Part shown: piece after piece, positions 48,892-57,800 of the stretch
How positions within the stretch are numbered: the stretch's first letter is position 1
Layout: each line of letters starts with the position of its first letter
Source: Clostridiales bacterium
GTDB taxonomy: Bacteria > Bacillota > Clostridia > Christensenellales > QALW01
Reading direction: 5' to 3'
Length of the DNA: 64,000 nt
Assembly: GCA_015069575.1 (NCBI GenBank)
Contig: SVIH01000011.1
Location: forward strand, 376 to 64,375
The notes under the pieces: generated by a model
Database searches by the model: none
What the model was told of the DNA's origin: nothing
What the model saw: the letters and a program-made list of their open reading frames with translations, nothing else
Position numbers and translations under genes: made by a program

Positions 48892-49605
48892 TCAGAAAAA
48901 AATATGAACTCCTGCAATACGGGCAATATTTATAAGCATATCGCCATTTAAACAACCAACTGCGCTATAAATACTTGTCCATGTGCCAAAGCGCTTCATA
49001 CCAATAGCAACTTTTTCGGTATTAGGATATATACCTAAAGGCATAACATCATTATCTTCTATAAAAAATCTTGGTTGCGGAAGGTTTTCAAACTTTATTG
49101 TGCCAAAATGGGTATGAACCTCTGTTTCATCACCGATAAGTTTCACAATATTTATTTCAGTTGCGTTTTGTATGCCTGCAAGTTCGTTGTTAACATAATC
49201 AGGTCCGTATATCCATAAAACAGTTTTATCGTTATCTTTTAATTTCTGAATAAAATCCTGAGAAACAATATCAAAAGAATCAAAGAAGATGATAAGTTTA
49301 TAATTATCCAGATTAATATTTTCTGCCTGGCATGAACAGCAAACATCATATGGCGCGCCCATATTCTGCAAACCTTCCCTTTGTGTTAAAAAGAAAGTTT
49401 CGTTGATTTTAGTTTGTTCTTCGTTATAGCTTTTATCAGAAACTATTACAAGCACCTGTGCAATCCTTGTTGCATCTGAATTTTTAAAGGAATCAGCTTG
49501 ATTTTTTAATTTTTCAGAACAAGCATTGCCTGAAAGAGTAATATATTTATAAGCCAATGAATCTTTATTAAGTTTTTCATTTAATGTAAAAAGAATTTTT
49601 TCCAT
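48892..49605 (-). CDS. hypothetical protein (possibly GH42 trimerisation-domain-like), likely 3' frameshifted
   Basis: GAGG RBS present. The ORF stops right after a T7 run. A 32-codon continuation is open in the neighbouring frame (48795-48893). Confidence 0.4.
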   Translation of the reverse strand: MEKILFTLNEKLNKDSLAYKYITLSGNACSEKLKNQADSFKNSDATRIAQVLVIVSDKSYNEEQTKINETFFLTQREGLQNMGAPYDVCCSCQAENINLDNYKLIIFFDSFDIVSQDFIQKLKDNDKTVLWIYGPDYVNNELAGIQNATEINIVKLIGDETEVHTHFGTIKFENLPQPRFFIEDNDVMPLGIYPNTEKVAIGMKRFGTWTSIYSAVGCLNGDMLINIARIAGVHIFF

Positions 49606-49675
49606 AAAAAACCTCGTTTAAAAGTTTTATTTTTAATAATTATACCACAAAACAATATTCATTGCAAGTGAACAA

Positions 49676-49704
49676 AAAACACTTGCAAAATGCAAGTGTT
49701 TTTG
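49676..49704. terminator. terminator after tRNA-Met
   Basis: Stem CACTTGCA / TGCAAGTG with A/T runs on both sides. Confidence 0.75.
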
Positions 49705-49705
49705 T

Positions 49706-49782
49706 TGGTAGCGGCGAGTGGACTCGAACCACCGATCTGTCGGGTATGAACCGAATGCTCTAGCCAACTGAGCCACGCCGCC
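49706..49782 (-). tRNA. tRNA-Met (CAT), elongator type
   Basis: Reverse complement GGCGGCGTGGCTCAGTTGGCTAGAGCATTCGGTTCATACCCGACAGATCGGTGGTTCGAGTCCACTCGCCGCTACCA folds as a cloverleaf. Encoded CCA is present. Close to Bacillus elongator tRNA-Met and lacks the initiator GGG/CCC anticodon stem. Confidence 0.92.
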
Positions 49783-49861
49783 ATATTTAACGAGGTAATT
49801 ATATCAATAGTATTTGATTTTGTCAATCAAAAAAACCAAAATTTATTTATTTTTTATTAAA

Positions 49862-49896
49862 TGTAAAAAAGGCAAGATAAATTCTTGCCTTTTTAT
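49862..49896 (-). terminator. terminator after rubredoxin
   Basis: Stem GGCAAGA / TCTTGCC with a T-run on the reverse strand. Confidence 0.75.
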
Positions 49897-49898
49897 TT

Positions 49899-50054
49899 TT
49901 ATTCTTGAGAGAACATATCTTTTCCAACAGTGCAAACGGGACATTCGAAATCTTCAGGAAGATCTTCGAACTTTGTTCCGGGGGCGATGTTTAAACTTTC
50001 ATCACCTAATGCTTCATCATAAGTCCAACCGCAAGCGTCACAAACATATTTCAT
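49899..50054 (-). CDS. rubredoxin (51 aa, absent from the ORF track)
   Basis: Translates to MKYVCDACGWTYDEALGDESLNIAPGTKFEDLPEDFECPVCTVGKDMFSQE, with two CxxCG/CPxC knuckles and an AAGGAG RBS. Confidence 0.9.
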   Translation of the reverse strand: MKYVCDACGWTYDEALGDESLNIAPGTKFEDLPEDFECPVCTVGKDMFSQE

Positions 50055-50069
50055 AATTAAAGTCTCCTT

Positions 50070-50444
50070 TTAAATATCTTTTTTCCATAAACCGTGAAGA
50101 TTACAGTAAGCAAAAGCCGCAACAGGTTTTTCATCCGTTAAAGCAAAGGTAACGGTAGCGTCACCGTTTAAGCACTTTCTCTGTCCGCCCTTGTCGGTTT
50201 GTAAGTATACCCATAAAATACTGTGTTCTTCAGTCATAGGGTGAATTACTTCACCAACAGTAACGGTAACAAGGTTATTTTCAACCTTAACAACAGGAAT
50301 GTGTTTTTCCTTGCTTGCTTCTTTTACACCTGCCTCAAGTTTGGTCATTTTCTGACCGCAACACATAAGGGGGACACCTGCAGAATGGATCATTCCAACA
50401 ATGTTACCACAATGTTCACAAATAAAAAATTTAGTTTCGCACAT
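50070..50444 (-). CDS. dfx: desulfoferrodoxin (2Fe superoxide reductase)
   Basis: N-terminal desulforedoxin Cys motif (CEHCGN...CCG) plus the SOR domain. Length 124 aa. Confidence 0.92.
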   Translation of the reverse strand: MCETKFFICEHCGNIVGMIHSAGVPLMCCGQKMTKLEAGVKEASKEKHIPVVKVENNLVTVTVGEVIHPMTEEHSILWVYLQTDKGGQRKCLNGDATVTFALTDEKPVAAFAYCNLHGLWKKDI

Positions 50445-50459
50445 AATTAATATCTCCTT

Positions 50460-52238
50460 TTATATAATTTCTTCAAAATCTTCTCTTGGGTGTTTGCATA
50501 ATGGGCAGATATAATCATCAGGAATATCCTCACCCTCATAAACATATCCGCAAATGGTGCAAACATAACCTTTTACGCCTTTTGTTTCAGGCTTTGGCTT
50601 AACGGATGCGTGGTAGTAAGAATAAGTCATTGTTTCTTTATCAGAAACTACCTTTGCCTCTTCAACAGAGCAGATAAACATACCGTGGCTATGAAGGTCA
50701 ACATACTGTTCAACTTTAAGGCTCATATATGAATTAATATAGTGTGGTAAAACCACAAGACCGTTTTCGGAATACTGGGGTGTGCAACCCTCAAACTTAT
50801 CGGTGTTTCTTCCGGATTTAAAACCAAAGTTTTCAAACACGCTAAAGGGTGCCTCGATAGAAAGGCAGTTAACATTCATTTTGCCCGTCTTTTTAATAAT
50901 GTGGTGTGAATAGTTATCTTTATTGATAGTTACTGCAATTCTGTTAGGTGAATTTGTAACCTGCGCAACTGTGTTTACAATTAAACCGTTGTGCTTTTTA
51001 CCGTCAAAACTTGTTACAACATATAATCCGTAGCCAATTTTAAATAATGCAGACAAGTCGTTGGTATCTTGCTTTTTAGTGTATTCGGCGGTTAATTCAT
51101 CACTTAACGCATCAAGTTGCTTTGAACTTTCTTCGTTTAATGCAGAAAGTATCTTTACTGTGTTTTGGGCAAAAGTTAAGTTTTTGCTGTTTTCAAGCAT
51201 ACCTTTCATAACCTTTGTTGCCATTGGTGCCCAGGAGCCGTTTTCAATAAAGGCAACGGTGCGGTTAGAATAATTGCGCTCTGTTAAATGGTCAATAAAC
51301 TGGCGCATAAAGGGGAATATATCAGCGTTATAAGTGGTGGTTGCAAGCACAAGTTTAGAATATCTGAAAGCATCTTCAACGGCTTCAGCCATATCGCACC
51401 TTGCAAGGTCGTTTACAACAACCTTGGGGCAACCCTTGGCTTTTAATTTATCCGCTAACTGATAAACCGCCTTTTTAGTGTTACCGTAAACAGAAGTATA
51501 GCAAATTACAATGCCATCTTCTTCCACTTGATAACTTGACCATATATTATAAAGATTAAGATAGTATTCAAGGTTTTCTGTTAAAACAGGGCCGTGAAGT
51601 GGGCAGATGGTTTTGATATCAAGATTCTGCGCTTTTTTAAGAAGGCTTTGAACCTGTGCACCGTATTTTCCAACAATGCCGATATAATAACGCCTTGCTT
51701 CGCAAGCCCAGTCTTCCTCAATATCAAGTGCGCCAAACTTACCAAACCCGTCGGCAGAAAAAAGCACCTTATCAAAGGAATCATAAGTTACAATAACCTC
51801 AGGCCAATGCACCATAGGCGCAGTAATAAAGGTTAAAACGTGCTTACCTAAATTAAGGGTATCGCCTTCGTTTACAACGATTCTGTTGTCGGCAAAATCG
51901 GTATTAAAGAAATTTTTCATCATATTAAAGGCTTTAAGTGAAGCAACCACTTTTGCATTTGGGTAAACCTTTAAAAAGTTTACGATGTTTGCTGCGTGAT
52001 CAGGCTCCATATGTTGAACGATTAAATAATCGGGCTTTATGCCATTAAAAACTTCTTCTAAATTATCAAGCCATTCGTTTGTAAAATTAATATCAACGGT
52101 GTCCATAACGGCTATTTTTTCATCCATAATAATATATGAATTATAACTTATTCCGTTAGGAATAATGTATTGACCTTCAAAAAGATCGGTAATATGGTCG
52201 TTTACACCAACATATTTAATATCATCTGTTATAAACAT
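50460..52238 (-). CDS. multidomain flavodiiron protein (FDP core + flavin-reductase-like domain + C-terminal rubredoxin)
   Basis: Metallo-beta-lactamase-like diiron N-domain (HMEPDH), a flavodoxin-like domain, a flavin reductase-like segment, and a C-terminal CTICGY...CPLC. Confidence 0.9.
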   Translation of the reverse strand: MFITDDIKYVGVNDHITDLFEGQYIIPNGISYNSYIIMDEKIAVMDTVDINFTNEWLDNLEEVFNGIKPDYLIVQHMEPDHAANIVNFLKVYPNAKVVASLKAFNMMKNFFNTDFADNRIVVNEGDTLNLGKHVLTFITAPMVHWPEVIVTYDSFDKVLFSADGFGKFGALDIEEDWACEARRYYIGIVGKYGAQVQSLLKKAQNLDIKTICPLHGPVLTENLEYYLNLYNIWSSYQVEEDGIVICYTSVYGNTKKAVYQLADKLKAKGCPKVVVNDLARCDMAEAVEDAFRYSKLVLATTTYNADIFPFMRQFIDHLTERNYSNRTVAFIENGSWAPMATKVMKGMLENSKNLTFAQNTVKILSALNEESSKQLDALSDELTAEYTKKQDTNDLSALFKIGYGLYVVTSFDGKKHNGLIVNTVAQVTNSPNRIAVTINKDNYSHHIIKKTGKMNVNCLSIEAPFSVFENFGFKSGRNTDKFEGCTPQYSENGLVVLPHYINSYMSLKVEQYVDLHSHGMFICSVEEAKVVSDKETMTYSYYHASVKPKPETKGVKGYVCTICGYVYEGEDIPDDYICPLCKHPREDFEEII

Positions 52239-52270
52239 AATTTCACCTCAAAATTATTATACCATTAAAC

Positions 52271-52951
52271 TTATAAATTATCAAGAATCTTTCCATCTGT
52301 TGAGATAACAGTTATCTGCCAGGGAATAAATTTTCCGCTGTTATGTAATGCCTTTTTTACTGCGTTTTCAAGCCCCGAACAACAGGGCACTTCCATACGC
52401 ACAACATTTACGCTTTTTATATTATTGTTTTTCAAAATTGCGGTAAGTTTTTCAGCGTAATCACCTTCATCAAGTTTAGGGCAACCTATAAGAGTGATGC
52501 GATTTTTTATAAAATCGTTATGAAAGTTACCGTAAGCGTAGGCGGTGCAATCAGCGGCAATCAACAAGTTTGCATTATCAAAATAAGGGGCGTTTACAGG
52601 CACTAACTTAATTTGACAGGGCCATTGTGGAAGGCGACTGGGAATAAACTCGCTTTGAGCAAAGTTTTCTCTTTTAAGCACCTTTGATTTTGTGCCCGGA
52701 CATCCGCAGGGCAACTTGTTTTTGTTCGAAATTACTGTTTGCTCATTATATTCAAGGGCTTCCTTTTCTATAAAAGAAATTGCGTTCATGGGGCAGGCAG
52801 GTAGGCAATCGCCTAAACCATCACAATAATCTTCCTTTGTTAATTTTGCTTTGCCTTCAACCATTTCAATAGCACCTTCGTGGCAAGCGTTCACACATAA
52901 ACCGCAACCGTTACAGGTTTCTTCATCTATCTGAATTATTTTGCGAACCAT
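52271..52951 (-). CDS. 4Fe-4S dicluster domain protein (FrdX-like ferredoxin-type)
   Basis: CNGCGLCVNAC and CDGLGDCLPACP motifs. Start set to the ATG with AAGGAGG upstream. Confidence 0.8.
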   Translation of the reverse strand: MVRKIIQIDEETCNGCGLCVNACHEGAIEMVEGKAKLTKEDYCDGLGDCLPACPMNAISFIEKEALEYNEQTVISNKNKLPCGCPGTKSKVLKRENFAQSEFIPSRLPQWPCQIKLVPVNAPYFDNANLLIAADCTAYAYGNFHNDFIKNRITLIGCPKLDEGDYAEKLTAILKNNNIKSVNVVRMEVPCCSGLENAVKKALHNSGKFIPWQITVISTDGKILDNL

Positions 52952-53006
52952 TATAAATCCTCCTTGCTTTTGTAACCTTATTATAGTATAATCATCACGT
53001 AAAGTA

Positions 53007-53022
53007 TGTTGAATTTTCAACA
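53007..53022. promoter_or_regulatory. 16-bp perfect palindrome, candidate Crp/Fnr-family operator
   Basis: TGTTGAATTTTCAACA. Its centre is at -41.5 if the reverse-strand TATAAT (52985-52980) is the -10 box. It also lies in the 5' leader of the regulator gene. Confidence 0.5.
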
Positions 53023-53037
53023 AAATGGAGAAAAATT

Positions 53038-53706
53038 ATGGAAAAATATATTAATATTTTAAAAAAATGCCCGCTTTTTTTAGAAATAAGTGATGAAAAC
53101 TTGCTTGTAATGTTAAAGTGTTTAGGGGCAAAAGTGGTAAGTTTTGATAAAAAGTATACTGTGTTTACCAATGGCAAACCGTTAAAGCATATTGGAATTG
53201 TGCTTACAGGAAGTGTTCAGGTGATTCAGGTTGATTATTATGGCAACCGTAATATCGTTTCAAACAATGGTGTTGGCGAAATAATTGGCGAAGCTTTTGC
53301 CTGTGCCCAAGTTGAAAGTTTGCCTGTTTCAGTTATTGCGAACGAAAAAACGGATATTATGCTGATAAAAAGCGATCACATTCTTAAAACTTGTAAAAAT
53401 AACTGCGGATTTCACCAAAAACTTATATACAATCTTATGAAAGATATAGCGTTAAAAGCGGTGTTGTTTCATCAAAAAATTGAAATAATATCTAGGCGTA
53501 CTACAAGGGAAAAGCTAATGGCGTATCTTAATTTGCAAGCAAAAAAAGCGGGGAAAAGTGAATTTACAATCCCTTTTGATCGCCAAGAACTTGCCGATTA
53601 TTTAATTGTAGATAGATCAGGGCTTTCAAACGAAATTAGCAAACTTCGTGAAGAAGGTATAATTGAAAGCCACAAAAATTATTTTGAATTAACCAAACCA
53701 TTATAA
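53038..53706 (+). CDS. Crp/Fnr family transcriptional regulator
   Basis: cNMP-binding-like N-domain and C-terminal HTH (RQELADYLIVDRSGLSNEISKLREEGII). The last codons (TTA ACC AAA CCA TTA TAA) are element sequence. Confidence 0.9.
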   Translation: MEKYINILKKCPLFLEISDENLLVMLKCLGAKVVSFDKKYTVFTNGKPLKHIGIVLTGSVQVIQVDYYGNRNIVSNNGVGEIIGEAFACAQVESLPVSVIANEKTDIMLIKSDHILKTCKNNCGFHQKLIYNLMKDIALKAVLFHQKIEIISRRTTREKLMAYLNLQAKKAGKSEFTIPFDRQELADYLIVDRSGLSNEISKLREEGIIESHKNYFELTKPL

Positions 53707-53756
53707 CTTGAACCATCCTTAAACTGCTGAATTTAGGTATATTTTGGTTTGGTTAA
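53689..53756 (+). mobile_element. MITE-like element, copy D' (68-bp mini derivative)
   Basis: The left roughly 57 bp of the element are joined to the terminal GGTTTGGTTAA. It shares its right TTAA with copy D. Confidence 0.7.
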
Positions 53757-54030
53757 CCAAACCATTGCGACTTGAATCAGCCTTAAATGGCTGAATTTAG
53801 GCATATTTGTGTTTGTCGTCTTTATAAGGCGACCTGCCTTGTTTCATCCTCCGCACCCAAATCTGCTCAAAATTGAGCCGTTTTAGGTCACAGATTTTAA
53901 AATGATAAAATTTTTGTTTTAACAAGGAAAAGTCCGCAGGTAATATAGGTAATATTATCAAGGGCTTTGACACAGTAAAAACGCAAATTTTACATTTTAA
54001 AACTGATTCAAGTTACAATGCTTTGGTTAA
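53753..54030 (+). mobile_element. MITE-like element, copy D (full length, most diverged)
   Basis: TTAA-CCAAACCATTGCGACTTGAATCAG ... CTGATTCAAGTTACAATGCTTTGG-TTAA. Colinear with copy C including the internal module. Confidence 0.78.
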
Positions 54031-54782
54031 CCTAAAAGCACATCAAATATAAGCATTAAACAAAAACCAATTAAAAGCGCGTATGTTGCGCCCCTTTGGC
54101 TTCCGTGTCCGTGAGTTTCAGAAAGCATTTCATCAGAAATAACATAAAGCATCGTACCGCCTGCAAAACTTAATGCAAAAGGCAAGATAGCATTAGAAAG
54201 GCTTACTGCAAAGTAACCGATAAATGTGCCAACAACTTCAATAAATCCTGTAAATGAAGCAATCAGCAAAGTTTTTTTAGGCTTTATTCCTGCTGCAAGC
54301 ATCGGCGCGATAATAACCATGCCTTCAGGAATGTTTTGTAGTGCAATACCTATTGCTATCATAATGGCGTGGGAAATGTTCCCTGAACCAAAGCCAACGC
54401 CGGAAGCAATACCTTCAGGCAGATTGTGAATTGCAATAGCGGTAACAAACAAAATTACTTTGTTAATATTTTTGTTGTTGTGTTTTTCCTGATCGTGCCC
54501 TGCAAGGTTGTGAAGATGGGGAACAATTTTATCAATAATGTTTAAACATATAGCGCCTGTAAAAATACCTGCCACTACTAAAAATACGCCCCATTTTTCT
54601 TTAAAAATTTCTATTGAAGGCAGAATCAATCCTATAATTGCTGCTGCAAGCATAACGCCACAGGCAAAAGAAAGAATAATATCAGATAGATTATGGGATA
54701 GCTTTTTAAATAAAAAGCCAATTATTGCGCCTAATACGGTGGCGCCGCCTACACCAAGTGCGGTAATTAAAACAAGTTCCAT
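54027..54782 (-). CDS. ZIP family metal (zinc) transporter
   Basis: 8-TM ZupT-like protein with HNLPEG and QNIPEG motifs. Its stop codon is the element-flanking TTAA. Confidence 0.9.
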   Translation of the reverse strand: MELVLITALGVGGATVLGAIIGFLFKKLSHNLSDIILSFACGVMLAAAIIGLILPSIEIFKEKWGVFLVVAGIFTGAICLNIIDKIVPHLHNLAGHDQEKHNNKNINKVILFVTAIAIHNLPEGIASGVGFGSGNISHAIMIAIGIALQNIPEGMVIIAPMLAAGIKPKKTLLIASFTGFIEVVGTFIGYFAVSLSNAILPFALSFAGGTMLYVISDEMLSETHGHGSQRGATYALLIGFCLMLIFDVLLG

Positions 54783-54849
54783 TTCTTTAGTTCTCCATTA
54801 AATATATTGTTATATATTTATTATACAATAAAATTATAAAAAATAAAAG

Positions 54850-54880
54850 AAAAAGTAAGCCCGAAGGCTTACTTTTTTTG
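54850..54880. terminator. bidirectional terminator
   Basis: Stem AGTAAGCC / GGCTTACT followed by a T7 run. Confidence 0.8.
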
Positions 54881-54881
54881 A

Positions 54882-57800
54882 TTATTCAGCATCTCTTTTC
54901 TTTTTAACAACGGTTGTAATAACAAAGCCTGTTGTAAGGGAAATAAGAGCTAACATTAAAATACTGTTAAAGCTATCGCCGGTTGAAACGGGATCTGAAA
55001 GAGCAATGTTGTTAAATGTTATAGTTTCAACAGGGGCGCTTGCTTTTTTAAGTGTTGTTTGTGCACTTAATTTGCCAAGGTTGTTATCAGCAACAACTAT
55101 TGTAACAGTGTAAACTGTTTCGTCGTAAGCAGTTTTTACATCATCACCCTTAACTTCACTAACTGTAAAGGTGTAGGTGCCTTCTTCGGTAAAGATAAGT
55201 TCATTAAACTTAATAACGCCGTCCTTATCGTTTGTAAGGGTCATAACCGTTTTACCGCTTTCATCTTTAACAATAAAGGTGAATTCCTTATCTTTAAGGT
55301 CGCGGCCTTTAAGAACCTTTTTACCATCAGTTAAAACAACCTTTATGCCGTTAGGATCAATGGTATACAAATTACTGAAAGTAAGTTCATCGCTTTGTGA
55401 AACAACTATTGATGCTTCAAGTTTGCCTAAAGTAACATTATCGGTAACTTCAACTGTAACATAAAGTTCGCTTTCATCATAGGTAACACCGGGGATAGTG
55501 CCTTTTGTTTCGGTAACCTTAAACTTATAGGTACCTGCCTTCTTAAAGGTTATATCACCAAAGAATGCGTTATCCTTGTTTAAGTTTGTAAGCGTTACTG
55601 ATGTGTTGGTAAAGGCTATATCACCGTTTGCAATAGCAGTTAAGGTGTTGTTATCAGCGCCTGCAAGATTAAAGGTGAAATTATCAGTTTCTAACCAAGC
55701 GTTATTTTTGCGGCCTGTAAAGTCTTTTTCAACTTTAAGGTTTGCGCTGCCTGAAAGAACAACCTCTTCAGCCTTATAAGTGTTTTTAAATACTATTGCT
55801 TCAGCGCTTTTTGAATCCTTTGTGATCGTAACTGTGGCTTTAAGTTTAGCTTCTGCACTGTCATCTTTTACCTCAATTGTTACTTCGTAAACGCTTTGGT
55901 CATAATCAACACCGTTAATATTGCCTTTTGTTTCGGTAATCTTAAACTTATAGGTGCCAATCTTATTAAAGGTAACAGGAACGGTAGCTTTTGCGCCTTT
56001 TGTTGCAATAACTGTTGTTACAGTATCTTCGGAGTTTACATCAAGCTGAATTTCAACAATACCATCTTTAATAGCCTGTTTTGTTGCTTCGTCTGCTTGA
56101 ACCTTAAAGGTAAATTCGTCACTGTTAAGCCAATCTCTGCCTTCAAGGTCTTTACTGATTTCAATGTTAACAGGATCGGTTTTTTCTGCAGTATAGCCGT
56201 TTACAATTACTGTGTTGTTAAGTGTTGTAAGAATGGCAGTAAGGTTGCCGATACGGTCATCAACAACGCGATAAGTTAATAGGTGTTGTTCAGTACTATA
56301 AGTAATACCGGGGATTTTGTCAGCATCATCAGGAATAACTTCAGAAATAATGATCGTGTAAGTACCTGCTTTTGTAAAGGTAATGCCATCAAAGGTAATA
56401 TGTCCGCTTGCATCGTTTAATGCGTATGGATTTGCTGGTAAGGTGATGCCATCAGGTGTGTTAGGTGCAAGGCTTACCATAAACTTAAATTCGCCTGCCT
56501 CTAATCCGATAGCTCTGTCACCGTCAATAACCTTACGGCCAACAGGAATATCTACGGTAATGGGTGTAGGTTTGTAGGTGTTTGTAAACACGATTTCGTT
56601 TACAGGTTCGGGAGAAGAATTTTCATTTGCTTTATAAAGTTCTGTTGATTTAACTTTAAGATTGCCTTGGTTATCGTCTTCAATTTCTACATAGAAAAGA
56701 TATTGCGCAGTATCATATTCAGTATTTGGAACCATATTGTTTGATTCTGTAATATAGAATCGATATGTTCCTGCCATATCAAAGGTCATATTTTCAAGGA
56801 ATTTGATTGTACCGCTGTAAACACCGTCAGCATCAGCTTGAATGTCTTCGGTATGAGTAACGTAAGAACGCATAATCTCTGTTCCGTCAGGTTTAAAGCC
56901 TACAATCTCAAAGTAGAACTCGCCTGCTAAGAGAGTTTTACCCGTAAGCTTCTTTGTGCCTGTTAAACTTACAGGGGTATCTGTAAAGGTTGAGGTATAG
57001 GTGTTTACAAAATCTGCTGAATCTAAACCGTTACTATAAGTTTTTGAAGCAACTTCAAGCACACCGTTATTATCTTCAACAACGATAGTAATTGTGATTA
57101 CGCTTTCATCGTAAGTAACGCCCTTATAGGTGCCCTTTTTTTCAACAACCTTAAATTTATATGTACCAGGTTTTTTAAACCGAAGGTTACTAAAACTAAA
57201 GGAATATTTGTGGCCGTCCATAAGATTTTCAAGGGTTATCGGGCCGGGCACATCAATTGAATCAACAATAGCATCTAAAGTAATTTCATCAGCGCCTGTT
57301 AAGATGAATTCAAAACGTTCGCCCTGTAACGTATCTCTGCCATTAAAGATTTTTGTTCCGTTAATATCGGTTTTAACAGGATCAGGTGAATAGGTGTTAT
57401 TAAAGGTTGCAATATGTACATTGTTGGGATAGATAGCATTTACAATCAGTGTTGAACTGTTGGGATCAATGGAAACTTCAACTGCAATATCAAACTTGGT
57501 ATCATCATAGATCATACCGTTAAGCTTGTTATTAACTGCGCTGTGCGGAATCACTTCACTCATTTGATAGTAGAAGGTTACCTTGCTGTTAGCGCTTAAA
57601 GAAGTGAGGGTTGATTGTGTAAATTCAACAGGAAGGAATGCAATGTTATGACCTTCGTTTGTTGTGGTGCTGATTCCGTTAACTGCATCAGCAGGCATTG
57701 GAACCTTTGAAATATCATTAACAATGTTGCCATCATCAACCTTGTAACCAATTGCCTGAAGCTTAAAGTTAAACATACCTGAAACAAGAGGCTTTTTGCC

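Noticed and set aside
3478-54030. Possibility that the recurring elements or the GC-rich hairpins form a CRISPR array.
   Set aside because: The copies are 68-278 bp, lie kilobases apart in both orientations, and have no regular repeat-spacer periodicity. No cas genes are in the window.
54783-54881. Searched for a Zur-type operator upstream of the ZIP transporter, and likewise upstream of the CDF gene at 61152-61315.
   Set aside because: Only AT-rich imperfect symmetry is present (ATTGTTATATATTTATTATACAAT), which does not match the Zur box as I remember it. It cannot be distinguished from background in this AT-rich spacer.
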